Source: Pirellulaceae bacterium (GTDB lineage: Bacteria > Planctomycetota > Planctomycetia > Pirellulales > Pirellulaceae). Taken from it: 64,000 bases of DNA. The translations under genes were made by a program, and so were the position numbers. Under the pieces are notes generated by a model, which ran no database searches, was not told where the DNA came from, and was given only the letters and a program-made list of their open reading frames with translations. Shown piece by piece: positions 47,801-56,682 of this stretch; position 1 is the stretch's first letter, and each line of letters starts with the position of its first letter. The stretch is taken from NCBI GenBank assembly GCA_025459265.1, contig JALOQX010000002.1, positions 1,945 to 65,944 of the forward strand, in the 5' to 3' direction.

Positions 47801-47890
47801 GGCGGCATCCTCGTGTCCGGCATCCTCACGCAGATCACGATGCCCGTCCTCTACGACCTGTTCACGCGCAAAGGGGGCGGTACGCGCTGA
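44813..47890 (+). CDS. RND efflux transporter permease (AcrB/CzcA superfamily)
   Basis: The N-terminus is MILSDVSIRRPVAMSCLIIGLTLLG. The 12-TM, two-large-loop layout and the ~1025-aa length fit. There is an ATGA overlap with the adaptor gene. Confidence 0.93.
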   Translation: MILSDVSIRRPVAMSCLIIGLTLLGFNSYRKMGLELMPKAEIPYVTIVTVYPGAAPEELETDVAKRIEDAVVSIDGLKHVSSTCMENLCQTFLEFQMGVDVDIAATDVREKLDLIRADMPIDVEDPIIQKFDINAKPIVTLALTGDVPLDELYDYADNTLRDRLTVIAGVADVQLIGGAQRRVHVELDRNRLAARGLSTMHVVQAIELAVRTIPSGRVREGTTEYAVKFDADYDQVAQLADLEIANENGQRCHIRDVGDVSWATEELRQAALLDGQPCIAIKVVKKADANAVQVSDAVRAGIQRLNTELPGGMRIDWIEDDGTFIKASNESAWVNVFQGIVLTAAILFLFLYNLRALLVVSITMPLTIVIGLFFMHAVGYTLNTSTLIAIGMSVGVLVTNSIVVLEAIVKRLDELGDARQAAALGAKEAFIAVLASAGTNVVVLFPLAVMKTRIGLFIGPLAMTMFIMTVVSLFISFTLTPMLCALLLKPRQAAARSPLALLERGWNWGFDGLIEGYRRVLQFSERHRWAAVLIIAGVLALFVHSLWLGGRLGTSAFSDSDRGAVYLRLEFPTRYRLDETVRRVREAETRMEGLPEKRHILSTVGKVEAILGQSSEGVYLAQILLKFSERTERTLTIREIMDDIRARMEGFPDAIVGVSQPSMIGGQTNPIELEIAGEQLDRLDSLARRTQELVQTLPGVLDPDTSVRPGKPEIRVLPRRSILSDMGMPVVPLGLTLRANLEGLKAGTFKQGARSYDIVVKLAELPGKEQVRNFQLPGTAGHPLVLTSLSDVVEREMPIQIIRKDKRRVAKLYAQLNEQKLPLGLAVTRISSVMDQQVELPPGYGYSFAGTYEFMAEGQGGLREAGWIAMMLVVLTLAAILESFRQPVIILVTIPLAVIGTVWALAAAGQSFSIFVIMGIVMMIGIVVNNAILIMDQFNVLVQQGVHRHKAMIQASCERFRPIVMITLAAVLGMLPMALGTGIGAEMRTGVGIASVGGILVSGILTQITMPVLYDLFTRKGGGTR

Positions 47891-47891
47891 G

Positions 47892-48815
47892 TCAGCGTTC
47901 AGGCGGGCTGTAGGTCGCGGCAGCGGCCGAGTCACCCATCTCGGTCAGCAGCCGCTGGAGTCCGGTCAGGTTCTGCCGCAGGGACTCTTCCGCGTCGAGC
48001 TCCACGCGATGATCCAGGATGCCGATCGGACCGCGGTAGCCGGAATCGCGGATCATCTCCAGCACGCGCCGGTCTTCCTGACCCTGGCCCACCGGCAGGA
48101 TTTTTTCCCCGCCGATCGTCATGCCGTTGAGATTGACGCACGTCAGATACGGCAACATCTGCGCGAACGCGGCCGGAAACCGCCCCAGGTGCTCGTGCCC
48201 GTGATGAAAGTTGTAAACGATCCCGACCGCGTCGGACCCCGACTCCCGCCGCAGCCATTGAACCATCGCCACCATGTTCTCCGGCTCGCCGGACCAACCC
48301 CCGTGATTGTAGAGGGCCAGGCAACAGCCGAGCCGCTTCGCTTCCGCGACGTAGGGCAGCAGGGTCCGGGCGTTGACCGCCACACGTTCTTCAGGTGTTC
48401 CCGCTTCCGCCGCCGGCGCAATGACCCACAGCTGAGGATGTAGGTGGTACTTCTCAATCAGCGCCATCATGGACCGGTACGCCTCGCCGTCCGCCGCCGG
48501 ACACCAGTAGGCGAAGAACTCGATGCCCTGCGCCTGGAGCGCCTGGATCTCGCGTTCAAAGGTCGGAATGTGTTCGTCCCGCCAATCGTAGGCCAGCCGC
48601 GTCAGTCCGAGCCCTTTGAGCATCGCGGCACGCTCCTCCGGCCCGCGCCGGCTGGCGTCGAAGGGCACAATGCACCAGGCCACGAGTCTGTCCTTGGCGA
48701 ACAAGGGATGGTCCGCCGGCGGCTCCGCGGCTCGTGCGGCCACGGGCAGGGCAGCGACCAGACACAACGACAACAGCGCGCCGGAAGTCCGGTGGCGATT
48801 CCAGAGGAGAACCAT
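47892..48815 (-). CDS. Secreted sugar phosphate isomerase/epimerase-like TIM-barrel protein
   Basis: It has a signal peptide (LLSLCLVAALPVAARAAEP), and the body resembles xylose-isomerase-like TIM-barrel proteins. Confidence 0.75.
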   Translation of the reverse strand: MVLLWNRHRTSGALLSLCLVAALPVAARAAEPPADHPLFAKDRLVAWCIVPFDASRRGPEERAAMLKGLGLTRLAYDWRDEHIPTFEREIQALQAQGIEFFAYWCPAADGEAYRSMMALIEKYHLHPQLWVIAPAAEAGTPEERVAVNARTLLPYVAEAKRLGCCLALYNHGGWSGEPENMVAMVQWLRRESGSDAVGIVYNFHHGHEHLGRFPAAFAQMLPYLTCVNLNGMTIGGEKILPVGQGQEDRRVLEMIRDSGYRGPIGILDHRVELDAEESLRQNLTGLQRLLTEMGDSAAAATYSPPER

Positions 48816-48914
48816 GGTGTGGGGGCTCCCGCGAGTAGGAGGAAGGTGACCGGGCAGGATTCAACGGGTCTCAAAATCGGGTTCTCTATTCTGCCATCCC
48901 GCCGCGTGTCCGCC

Positions 48915-48965
48915 TAGTGCTTTGTCACAGCCACCCCATCCCAAGCTCAAGCCGTGACAGAGCAC
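48915..48965. repeat. Dispersed repeat, short form (related to 28391..28503), within its own hairpin
   Basis: tagtgctttgtcacagccaccccatcccaag matches the two ends of the 28391 copy. gtgctttgtcac (48917..48928) pairs with gtgacagagcac (48954..48965) with one mismatch. Confidence 0.75.
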
Positions 48966-49004
48966 GGGTCTCCGCCGTCGGGATCCTTGTGCAACGTTCG
49001 GCGG

Positions 49005-49523
49005 ATGTCTAAAGTTGACGGAGGTAAGGAGTGGCACGTGGTGGCATGGGTGCGAGTCGGGTCGGTAGCCGCTTTGCTGGTCGTGCTGGGCCAGCGCGCG
49101 CTGGACGCTCAGACGCTGCAGTTGCCGACCCTGCGCTTCTTCTCCGTCCAGACATCGGTGCTGGCACCCGATCGCGGTGGTGCCATGCTCGGCGGAGTCA
49201 CCCGTTCGCAAAGCCGCAGCCAGGCGGCGGGCGTGCCGGGTGTCGCGGGGCTGCCCGGTCTGGGACGTTTGACGCGCAACCGAGGGATCGATCGAGTGGA
49301 CGCGGCCGGCACGGTGTCGGTACACGCAACGGTGATCGACCATGCCGTCCTGGATCAGGCGGTGTTGGCCGAGGCGGCGCGGCGGCGCGCTGGCGGCAGC
49401 CGCGTGCCGGCGGTCGGCAGTCTGTCGGCACGGTATCGGCAGGCTGCGGAGCGCACCTCAGCGCAAGGCGTGCTGCGGAGCGTCGCCGAAATCCGTCGGG
49501 AGCAGACTGCCCGCCGGCCGTAG
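49005..49523 (+). CDS. Small secreted protein with a secretin-like C-terminal motif
   Basis: A signal-like N-terminus follows ATG 49005 (VAWVRVGSVAALLVVLGQRALDAQ). The segment GGAMLGGVTRSQSRSQAAGVPGVAGLPGLGRLTRNRG...VSVHATVID resembles the conserved end of secretin domains. Confidence 0.5.
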   Translation: MSKVDGGKEWHVVAWVRVGSVAALLVVLGQRALDAQTLQLPTLRFFSVQTSVLAPDRGGAMLGGVTRSQSRSQAAGVPGVAGLPGLGRLTRNRGIDRVDAAGTVSVHATVIDHAVLDQAVLAEAARRRAGGSRVPAVGSLSARYRQAAERTSAQGVLRSVAEIRREQTARRP

Positions 49524-49531
49524 CGCCCTGT

Positions 49532-49990
49532 TTACGTACCCGCCTCCGGCTGGTCTGCCGCGGCATGGGCCGTCTGTTTGTAGGTCAACACGGGGCACGG
49601 CGCGCGCCGGACCACCGCTTCGGCCACGCTGCCCATGAGCAGCCGCGTCAGACCTGTGCGACCATGGGTCCCCATCACGATCAAGTCGGCCTTTTCCTCC
49701 TCGGCCAGTCTTGCGATGGCGGTCGAAGGGTCGCCGGTGATCAACTTGTGTTCGCAGGGGACGGCCGGATCGGTGGGCACCACCTCCTGGAGCATGCGTT
49801 GCAGGTCGTCGCTGGCCGGGTCTGGCACGCCGTAGTACATCTCACCGCCGCCGTACGCGATGGGCGGCTCCTCGACGTGGACGATCAACAATGTGGCACC
49901 CGAGTCGCGTGCCAGCGACGTGGCGAGTCGCAGCGCCGCATCGCCGCAATGCGAAAAGTCGGTCGGAAAGAGGATTTTTTTCGCCTGCAT
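49532..49990 (-). CDS. Universal stress protein (UspA family)
   Basis: The N-terminus is MQAKKILFPTDFS, and the ATP-binding motif GTHGRTGLTRLLMGSVAEAVVRRAPCPVL is present. Confidence 0.9.
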   Translation of the reverse strand: MQAKKILFPTDFSHCGDAALRLATSLARDSGATLLIVHVEEPPIAYGGGEMYYGVPDPASDDLQRMLQEVVPTDPAVPCEHKLITGDPSTAIARLAEEEKADLIVMGTHGRTGLTRLLMGSVAEAVVRRAPCPVLTYKQTAHAAADQPEAGT

Positions 49991-50199
49991 CGTGTCCTCC
50001 CGCCGCTTGAGTAACGCTCCTGGTCCCATACCACTACTCACCATGTTACGCCGTTCCCGGCCGGAATACCACGCCGAGGGGGTTCAATTCGGCCTGGGCG
50101 GCTCGGCCCGCCGTCGGAGGATGACAGTGCGCAACGCCTGGAATACCATGGGAGATGTGTGCGGTTTTGGGGCGCAGCGTTGCGTCGTGGTGCGCGGAT

Positions 50200-51576
50200 A
50201 TGGACGACACGATGGCCGAGGTCACGTCGCTCAACCTGCTGATCGTGGACGATGACGACGGTTTCCGTCAGGCGCTGGTGCACCGGTTTCTGCGGCGCGG
50301 GTATCAGGTGCAGGACGCGGCGAATGCCGAGCAGGCGATGGATCTCGCGCAGCGGCAGGGTTTCGATGTGGCGATCTTCGACGTCGTCCTGCCGGGCATG
50401 TCGGGCTTGGCGCTCTTGGAATGGTATATCCAAGGGCAAACGGACTGCGAAGTGATCATGCTGACCGGCCAGGGCACGATTGAGACGGCCGTGGAAGCAA
50501 TGAAGCTCGGTGCATACGACTACGTGACCAAGCCTGTGCCATTGAAAGATCTGGAGACGCTGGTCGGAAAGGCGTACGAGCGGCGTCAGCTCAAGAAGGA
50601 GAACGAGCAGTTGAAGCTGTTGCTGCGGCGGAGCCTGCCCGAGCAGGTGATGATCGGCCAATCGCCGGCGATGCGCGAGATCTACCGACTGGTTGAGCGG
50701 GCGGGGCCGAGCGACAAGGCGATACTGATTCAGGGTGAGAGCGGCACGGGCAAGGAGCTGGTGGCGCGCGCGCTGCATCGCCACAGCCGCCGGGCGGATC
50801 GGCCGATGGTGGTCATCAACTGCGCGGCGCTGCCCGAGTCGCTGCTGGAGAGCGAGCTGTTCGGTCATGAGAAGGGGGCCTTCACGGGAGCGGTGAGCGC
50901 GAAGCCGGGGCTCTTCGAAGTGGCGGATGGCGGCACGCTGTTCATCGACGAGATTGGCGAGATGCCCGCCGCGCTGCAGGCCAAACTGCTCCGCGTGCTC
51001 GAAGACGGCTCCCTGCGCCGGATCGGTTCGATCAAGGAGCGGCGCGTGAACGTGCGGCTGCTGACGGCGACCAACTGCGACCTGGCACGCCAGGTTGTCG
51101 GCGGCGGTTTCCGCGAGGACCTGTACTATCGCATTAACGTCATGTCGCTGGAGTTGCCACCGCTGCGCCAGCGCGCCGGAGATATCCCGCTGCTGCTGCG
51201 TCACTTCCTCGGGCCCGGCTGGGAGATCGAACCGCCGGCGGTGCAGATGCTCGAGCGTTATGACTGGCCGGGAAACGTGCGCCAGCTGATCAACGCCGTG
51301 GAGCGCGCGCGGATCATGGCCGACGGACGCGTCCTGCGGGTCCGGGATTTCCCGCGGGAAACCACCGAATATCAGCCGCTCGATCCGCTGGAGGCGCTGC
51401 AGCGATACGACGACCTGGCCACCCTTGAACGCGCCAAGATCGTCGAAGTGCTGCGCCGCGAGCGGGGCAACAAGACGCGTGCCGCCAGGTCGCTGGGGAT
51501 CGACCGCCGCAAGCTCTACCGGCTGGTTGAAAAGCACCGCATCGAATCGGCCGAACTCGAACGCGCCCTGGCCTGA
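50200..51576 (+). CDS. NtrC-family sigma-54-dependent response regulator
   Basis: The receiver reads LLIVDDDD...[14 protein letters not shown]. The AAA+ motifs are GESGTGKE and GAFTGA. The HTH is [16 protein letters not shown]. Confidence 0.93.
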   Translation: MDDTMAEVTSLNLLIVDDDDGFRQALVHRFLRRGYQVQDAANAEQAMDLAQRQGFDVAIFDVVLPGMSGLALLEWYIQGQTDCEVIMLTGQGTIETAVEAMKLGAYDYVTKPVPLKDLETLVGKAYERRQLKKENEQLKLLLRRSLPEQVMIGQSPAMREIYRLVERAGPSDKAILIQGESGTGKELVARALHRHSRRADRPMVVINCAALPESLLESELFGHEKGAFTGAVSAKPGLFEVADGGTLFIDEIGEMPAALQAKLLRVLEDGSLRRIGSIKERRVNVRLLTATNCDLARQVVGGGFREDLYYRINVMSLELPPLRQRAGDIPLLLRHFLGPGWEIEPPAVQMLERYDWPGNVRQLINAVERARIMADGRVLRVRDFPRETTEYQPLDPLEALQRYDDLATLERAKIVEVLRRERGNKTRAARSLGIDRRKLYRLVEKHRIESAELERALA

Positions 51577-51596
51577 CTCCCGCCGGTCCGGCGCAT

Positions 51597-52157
51597 TCAC
51601 GCGACACGGGATATCACGAAGTAGATGCCGCCAATCAAGACCGACACGATCAGGACCGAGATCACCGTCAGGTCGCCCGCCAGTACCAGCCGGCCGGTCG
51701 TCGCCAGATAGATCAAATAGGGCGCGACGACGATCAGTCCCATCCAGATCGCCAGCAACGTGATATAGCGGAAAATCTCGGCCCGATCCGAGCGTTCGCG
51801 CAGCGCCTTGGCCTCCGCCTCGCGGTCGCGCGCGAGCTTGCGCACCTTCGTCTTGTCCTTCCCCATGCTGGTCAGTCGCGAATTGAACGACAGGACGAGC
51901 CGGCGGTTACACCCGTGGCACGTGGTCGGCGGCGGATCGACGACGTGCCCGCAGTACGGGCACACGCGTTCCACCTGGCGCTGCGCGACCGCCTCGAGCA
52001 AACCGTTCACCTGTCGCGCAGGCACCCACTGGGAATCGTCTTTGCGAATCAGCGTGTCTTCCTTGACTTGTCCCGCGCGGACTTTGTCGAGCAGCTGACG
52101 TCCGCTCAACGGCCCGACCACATCATTCATGATTTGGTAATACCACTCGGTCGCCAT
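51597..52157 (-). CDS. GYF-like domain, zinc-ribbon and C-terminal TM protein
   Basis: From ATG 52157 the translation is MATEWYYQIMNDVVGPLSGRQLLDKVRAGQV..DSQWVPA (GYF_2-like). CPYCGHVVDPPPTTCHGC follows, then two hydrophobic helices. The ORF stays open up to 52292. Confidence 0.7.
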   Translation of the reverse strand: MATEWYYQIMNDVVGPLSGRQLLDKVRAGQVKEDTLIRKDDSQWVPARQVNGLLEAVAQRQVERVCPYCGHVVDPPPTTCHGCNRRLVLSFNSRLTSMGKDKTKVRKLARDREAEAKALRERSDRAEIFRYITLLAIWMGLIVVAPYLIYLATTGRLVLAGDLTVISVLIVSVLIGGIYFVISRVA

Positions 52158-52558
52158 CTTCCCATCGGTCCCGCGAGTCTGTTCGACAGTCGGCATCATG
52201 GCGTAGGAGGCCACGCGGCCGCGCAAGGCCGCGTACCTCGGCTCCGGCGGGTTCGTTCCGGACTGTCCGCCCGCTGCACCGTTCCGGCTCATCGCCCGCC
52301 CCTGGCCCGGATCGCTGCGCGGCGAACGGTCGTCCCAGAAATCGCAAAATGAGCGTGCATTTTTGCTCTTCTCGGTTCACCTGGCAAGCATATTGAGCGA
52401 AACCACCTCGCGCAAGGCTTCACCTGTTGTACGCCATGTCGCGCCGCCGGTTCGTAGGGATGCCGACGGCCGGCCGCTGGCGGCGGTGCCGACCGGCCGG
52501 GCGGCCCCTCCCATTGATACTAGTTCGCCCACCCGGCCAGTACCCGGCCCGGCGGCCG

Positions 52559-52582
52559 AAAAAAGCCGGAAAACCAGTCCGG
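52559..52582 (-). terminator. Weak intrinsic terminator candidate downstream of the beta-CASP gene
   Basis: On the minus strand it reads ccgga-ctggttt-tccgg followed by c-tttttt. A T6 run is rare in this GC-rich sequence. The stem is only 5 bp. Confidence 0.3.
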
Positions 52583-52657
52583 TCGGACCGCGCAATCGGA
52601 CCCTCAGGGCGGCCCTGGGCCTCGCCACGCACCGCGTGACGGACCGAGACGTCCGTC

Positions 52658-54079
52658 CTACGGTGAGGGCCTCGGACAGGCACTGAGCGTCAGCTGCTGC
52701 TGATAGGTCGGCACGGCGGTGGGCCAGCCCCACCGCGTGGAGATTTCGCCAGCCAGGTGGGCGGCCGCGTCGGCATCGCCGTGCGTGAGGAACACGTGCT
52801 GCGGCGGACGTCTCAGATGGCCGATCCACCGCAGCAGCGCCGCGCGATCGGCATGGCCGGACACGCCGTCCAGCTGCCGGACCTGCGCTCTCACTTTCCA
52901 CTCGCGGCCATGGATCCGGACAAACGGATGCCCGTCGAGCAGTTGTCGCCCCAGGGTGCCCTGGGCCTGGTAGCCGACAAACAGAATGGTCGACTCGGCA
53001 CGCCCCACGTTCTGCCGCAGGTGATGCTTGATCCGCCCCGCCGTGCACATCCCCGACGGCGCCATGATGATGCTCGGCGCGCGACGGTCATTGATCGCCT
53101 TCGATTCGGCGACGCCACGGACCAGCTGCAGGCCCGGGAACCGCAGCGGCGGCTCGTTCGCCGTGATCAGCGCCCAGGTCTCCGCGTCAAAGCACTCCGG
53201 ATACTTCCGGAAGATCGCCGTCACGTCCGTGGCCATGGGGCTGTCGAGAAACGTGTCGACACGGGGAATGCGCCGGCCGTGAACCAGCCGAGCCAGGTGG
53301 TACACCAGTTCCTGGGCCCGTTCGACGGCAAACACGGGAATCACCAGGTTGCCCCCGCGGCGGAGCGTTTCCTGGACGATCTGTTCCAGCTGGTCTTCGA
53401 CCGCACCGTGATCGTTGTGATCGCGATCACCATAGGTGGACTCCATGACGACGTAATCGGCTTCGGTAAAGAGCGTGGGATCCCGCAGCAGCGGCTTGCC
53501 CCACTGGCCGATATCCCCGGAGAAAATCACGCACAGCTCCCCCTGCGGCTGGCGCACCCGGAACTCGAGCATGGCCGAGCCGAGAATGTGGCCGGCATCG
53601 TGGAAGGTCACGGTAACTCCTTCCGCGACCGTGACGGGCTGGCCGTAGGCGATTCCTTCCAGCAGCGGCAACGTTTTCTCCACGTCCGTCTCGGTGAAGA
53701 GAGCGAGCTCCGGGTAGCGACCCCGGCGTCCCTCACGGTCGTGCCGTTTCTTCTTGAAGCGCACGTCTTCCGACTGGATCCGCGCCGCGTCGCGCAGGAT
53801 CACTTCGGCGAGTTCCACGGAGGGGTGCGTGCAGAAAATGGGGCCGCGAAACCCCTCGTTGACCAGCCGCGGGATCAGACCGCAATGATCCACGTGCACG
53901 TGGGTCAGCACCAGCGCGCGAATGTCCTGCGGCCGGACGGGGGAGGGCAACCAGTTCCGGTCCAGGTACGGTCGTTCCTGGAACATGCCGCAGTCGATCA
54001 GGAGCTTATCGGACTCGGTTTCGAGACAGTAGCGCGAACCTGTCACCTGCTGGTTGGCCCCAAGGAAGTGCAGCTTCAT
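52658..54079 (-). CDS. MBL-fold beta-CASP ribonuclease (RNase J / CPSF-like)
   Basis: The N-terminus reads MKLHFLGANQQVTGSRYCLE, with HVHVDHCG (HxHxDH) and beta-CASP C-terminal motifs (GHADR). Confidence 0.9.
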   Translation of the reverse strand: MKLHFLGANQQVTGSRYCLETESDKLLIDCGMFQERPYLDRNWLPSPVRPQDIRALVLTHVHVDHCGLIPRLVNEGFRGPIFCTHPSVELAEVILRDAARIQSEDVRFKKKRHDREGRRGRYPELALFTETDVEKTLPLLEGIAYGQPVTVAEGVTVTFHDAGHILGSAMLEFRVRQPQGELCVIFSGDIGQWGKPLLRDPTLFTEADYVVMESTYGDRDHNDHGAVEDQLEQIVQETLRRGGNLVIPVFAVERAQELVYHLARLVHGRRIPRVDTFLDSPMATDVTAIFRKYPECFDAETWALITANEPPLRFPGLQLVRGVAESKAINDRRAPSIIMAPSGMCTAGRIKHHLRQNVGRAESTILFVGYQAQGTLGRQLLDGHPFVRIHGREWKVRAQVRQLDGVSGHADRAALLRWIGHLRRPPQHVFLTHGDADAAAHLAGEISTRWGWPTAVPTYQQQLTLSACPRPSP

Positions 54080-54086
54080 GGCTCCC

Positions 54087-55136
54087 TCAAAACTCGCCCG
54101 TCTGGGTCTGAAAGTGCGTCGGTTTCCCCAGGGTCGGTCCCCCGTGCGCGACCCACTGGGCGGTCCAGTCCATCATCCAGGATGCTGGCATGTCCGGAGG
54201 ACCCAACATCGTGTACGCCGCCTGGGCATTGCTCAGCAGCGCCGTCTCGCCTTCGCGGCCGACAAACTGCACCGGCCGCCCGAGTCCGCGCGCCAGGCGC
54301 TGGGCGACGTCGCGCGTACTCAGGATGTCCGCTCCCGCCACGTTCAGGATCCGCGCAGGGCTGGTGGCGTGCTGCAGGGCGAGGAGTGTCATGGCGTTGG
54401 CATCGGCCAGCCAGATCACGTTGACGGCGCCCATCGTCACATCGACCGCCTGGCCGGCCTGGATCTGCAGGGCCAGATCGACCAGCACGCCGTAGCGCAG
54501 CTCGGTGGCGTAGTTGAGCCGCAGCACCACGACCGGCGTCCGCTCGCACGCGCTGAAATACTCGTAGACCCGCTCGCGGCCTAACGCGGCCATGGCGTAC
54601 TCACCGTCCGGGCGCGGCGGGTCCGTCTCGCGGCTGCCGCCCGACTCGCGTGGCACCATCCCGTACACGTTGCCCGTGGAGAACGCCACGAGCGGACGTC
54701 CGCGATAGCGGCGGCAGATCAGGTCCGGAATGCAGCAGTTCGTGGCCCAGGCCAGGTGGGGCGCGTCGCGCGTGCCGAACTTGTACCCCGACAGGGAGAC
54801 CACGCCGGCGGCATCGGGCAGGGCCGCGACCTGGCGCTCGTCGAGCAAGTCGCAGACGCGGGTGCGAACGCCCCATTGCTCCAGTCGCTGGCGCACCGCA
54901 GGATCGCGGAAGCGCGAGACCCCCACGATAGTCCGCGATCCACCGGCCAGATCGCACGCGCGGCGGGCCATCCGCGCCATGGTCGGACCCATCTTGCCGC
55001 CCACACCCAGGAAGATGAGGTCCCCGTCGAGCTGACGCAGGGCGTCCACCACCGCATCGGTCGGTCGACTCAGCTGCTCCTCGAGCTCCTCGAGGGTCCG
55101 GGGACACGGTGGTGGAGGCGGCAGGTGCGATGACAA
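54087..55136 (-). CDS. NAD-dependent epimerase/dehydratase family protein
   Basis: It has a Rossmann-like GVGGKMG and a body typical of SDR-type epimerases. Confidence 0.75.
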   Translation of the reverse strand: MSSHLPPPPPCPRTLEELEEQLSRPTDAVVDALRQLDGDLIFLGVGGKMGPTMARMARRACDLAGGSRTIVGVSRFRDPAVRQRLEQWGVRTRVCDLLDERQVAALPDAAGVVSLSGYKFGTRDAPHLAWATNCCIPDLICRRYRGRPLVAFSTGNVYGMVPRESGGSRETDPPRPDGEYAMAALGRERVYEYFSACERTPVVVLRLNYATELRYGVLVDLALQIQAGQAVDVTMGAVNVIWLADANAMTLLALQHATSPARILNVAGADILSTRDVAQRLARGLGRPVQFVGREGETALLSNAQAAYTMLGPPDMPASWMMDWTAQWVAHGGPTLGKPTHFQTQTGEF

Positions 55137-55137
55137 C

Positions 55138-55470
55138 TCAGGCCAATCCGCGCATTTGCAGGTGTACGAGATCGTCCGCCGTCAGCCGCTGCCGGTCCTG
55201 GGCCGTCAGGTGGGCCACGCCCGCCAGGGCGAGCATGAAGAGCTCATCGGGCGAGAACCGCCGTTTGTCTTCCTGCGTCATCGACACGACCTTGCGCAGC
55301 GCCAACACGAATAACTCGTCCGACGACAGCCGGGTCTTCTCCTGGTCGGTCAACTCGATCGCTTTCCGCAGGGCGAGCACGAACAGGTGATCGCTGTCGA
55401 GCGCCGCGCGGTCGGCCGGCGACAGTCTGCCGCCGCGAAGCGCTTGCACAAACGCCAGGTCGGCTTGCAT
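55138..55470 (-). CDS. Small protein built from ~24-aa tandem repeats
   Basis: From ATG 55470 there are four to five units of the type D(E/H)LF(V/M)LAL(R/A)(K/G)..(L/M)(T/S)..(D/E)(K/R).R(L/F)(S/T). There is a 1-nt gap to the downstream epimerase gene. Confidence 0.6.
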   Translation of the reverse strand: MQADLAFVQALRGGRLSPADRAALDSDHLFVLALRKAIELTDQEKTRLSSDELFVLALRKVVSMTQEDKRRFSPDELFMLALAGVAHLTAQDRQRLTADDLVHLQMRGLA

Positions 55471-55557
55471 GGTGGCAGGTTCTCCGCAAGGGGTCACACG
55501 ACCCACGCCGGCCATCATACCATGCCGCCGCGCCGCGCTGAAGCTGCAGAGCCGGCT

Positions 55558-56610
55558 TCAGCCTGCCTGCCCCCACCGGCGCGCATCGGTCTGCTGCAGC
55601 AGCTGCCGGATCGCGGCGAGCACCAGGTCCGCGCTCAGCTCACGCAGGCAGCGCTGATGTGCCAGGGGGCACACGCGCTGGCCGCAGGCAATACAGGGCA
55701 GATCGCGCTGCAGATGCATCGCCGCGGGGTGATAGTTGTCACTCCACCGCGGGTCCGTGGGACCGAAGAGCGTCACGGTCGGGACGCCGAAGGCAGCGGC
55801 CAGATGGCGCGGTCCGCTGTCGGTCGTCACCAACAGGCGGCCTCGGCGAATACAGGCCTTGCTCACACCCAGGCTCAGCCGCTCCTCGGCCAGGCTGACG
55901 ACGCGCGGATGCCGTGCCAGGCGGCAGATCGCGCGGGCCGCCTCGCGTTCGGCCGGGCCGCAGAGCACCAGCACGGGAAACTGCTGGTAGGCCAGCCGCC
56001 GCGCCAACTCCGCCGCACGCGCGCTCGGCCAGGTCTTGGCCGAGCCGTACGCGCCGCCCGTGTTGAGCAGGATGACGGGGTCGCCGGCAGTCCAGCCAAA
56101 CTGCCGCCAGATCCCGTCCGCCGCGCGTTCTTCCTCCGGCGTCGTGGCCAGCGACGGACGTGGGGAGTCGGCCGGGCAACCCAACACACCGACGACATCC
56201 AGATAGTGATCGACCGCCGAACGGGGCCGCCGCACTCGCCCGTCCCGCGGCTCGTCCAACGCGTCAGTCAACAACGCGCGACGACCGTGCCGGGCGAAGC
56301 CAATGCGGCGCGGCGCACCCGACAACCGGGCGAACAGGGCCGTCGAGAACGAATTGGTCAGCAGCAGGATGGTGTCGAGTCGCTCACGCCGCAGTTGGCT
56401 GATCAGCCGGCACACGCCGCGCAGTGTCCGGCGATCGTACTCGATGTGGGTATCAAACCACGACGCGCCCGTCAGTATGTCGGCGACGTAGGGGCGCAGG
56501 ATGCCGACCAGATGCGCCTGAGCGCCGACATGGTGCCGCAGACTGCGCAACGCGGGGGTCGCCATGACCACATCCCCCACCCAGTTCGGCAGGAACACGC
56601 CGATCCGCAT
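55558..56610 (-). CDS. Glycosyltransferase family 9 (LPS heptosyltransferase-like)
   Basis: The N-terminus is MRIGVFLPNWVGDVVMATPALRSL, and the C-terminal DSGPRHLAAAFGVP motif is present. Confidence 0.88.
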   Translation of the reverse strand: MRIGVFLPNWVGDVVMATPALRSLRHHVGAQAHLVGILRPYVADILTGASWFDTHIEYDRRTLRGVCRLISQLRRERLDTILLLTNSFSTALFARLSGAPRRIGFARHGRRALLTDALDEPRDGRVRRPRSAVDHYLDVVGVLGCPADSPRPSLATTPEEERAADGIWRQFGWTAGDPVILLNTGGAYGSAKTWPSARAAELARRLAYQQFPVLVLCGPAEREAARAICRLARHPRVVSLAEERLSLGVSKACIRRGRLLVTTDSGPRHLAAAFGVPTVTLFGPTDPRWSDNYHPAAMHLQRDLPCIACGQRVCPLAHQRCLRELSADLVLAAIRQLLQQTDARRWGQAG

Positions 56611-56682
56611 GCTCCCGGGTCGCTCACGGTCGTTCCGGCTCGCCACGTTCCACCTGTCCTTACCGTCCCGCCGTGCCGGGTC

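Noticed and set aside
52382-52396. Sigma-54 promoter-like sequence tggcaa-gcata-ttga on the plus strand. This is of interest because the window encodes two sigma-54 activators.
   Set aside because: The invariant -12 GC is GA here, and there is no plus-strand gene downstream. Other near-matches I checked (31551 tggtcccggcccggc, 63022 tggattccgcgcttgc, 49032 tggcacgtggtggca) have wrong spacing or weak elements. I found no convincing -24/-12 promoter by eye.
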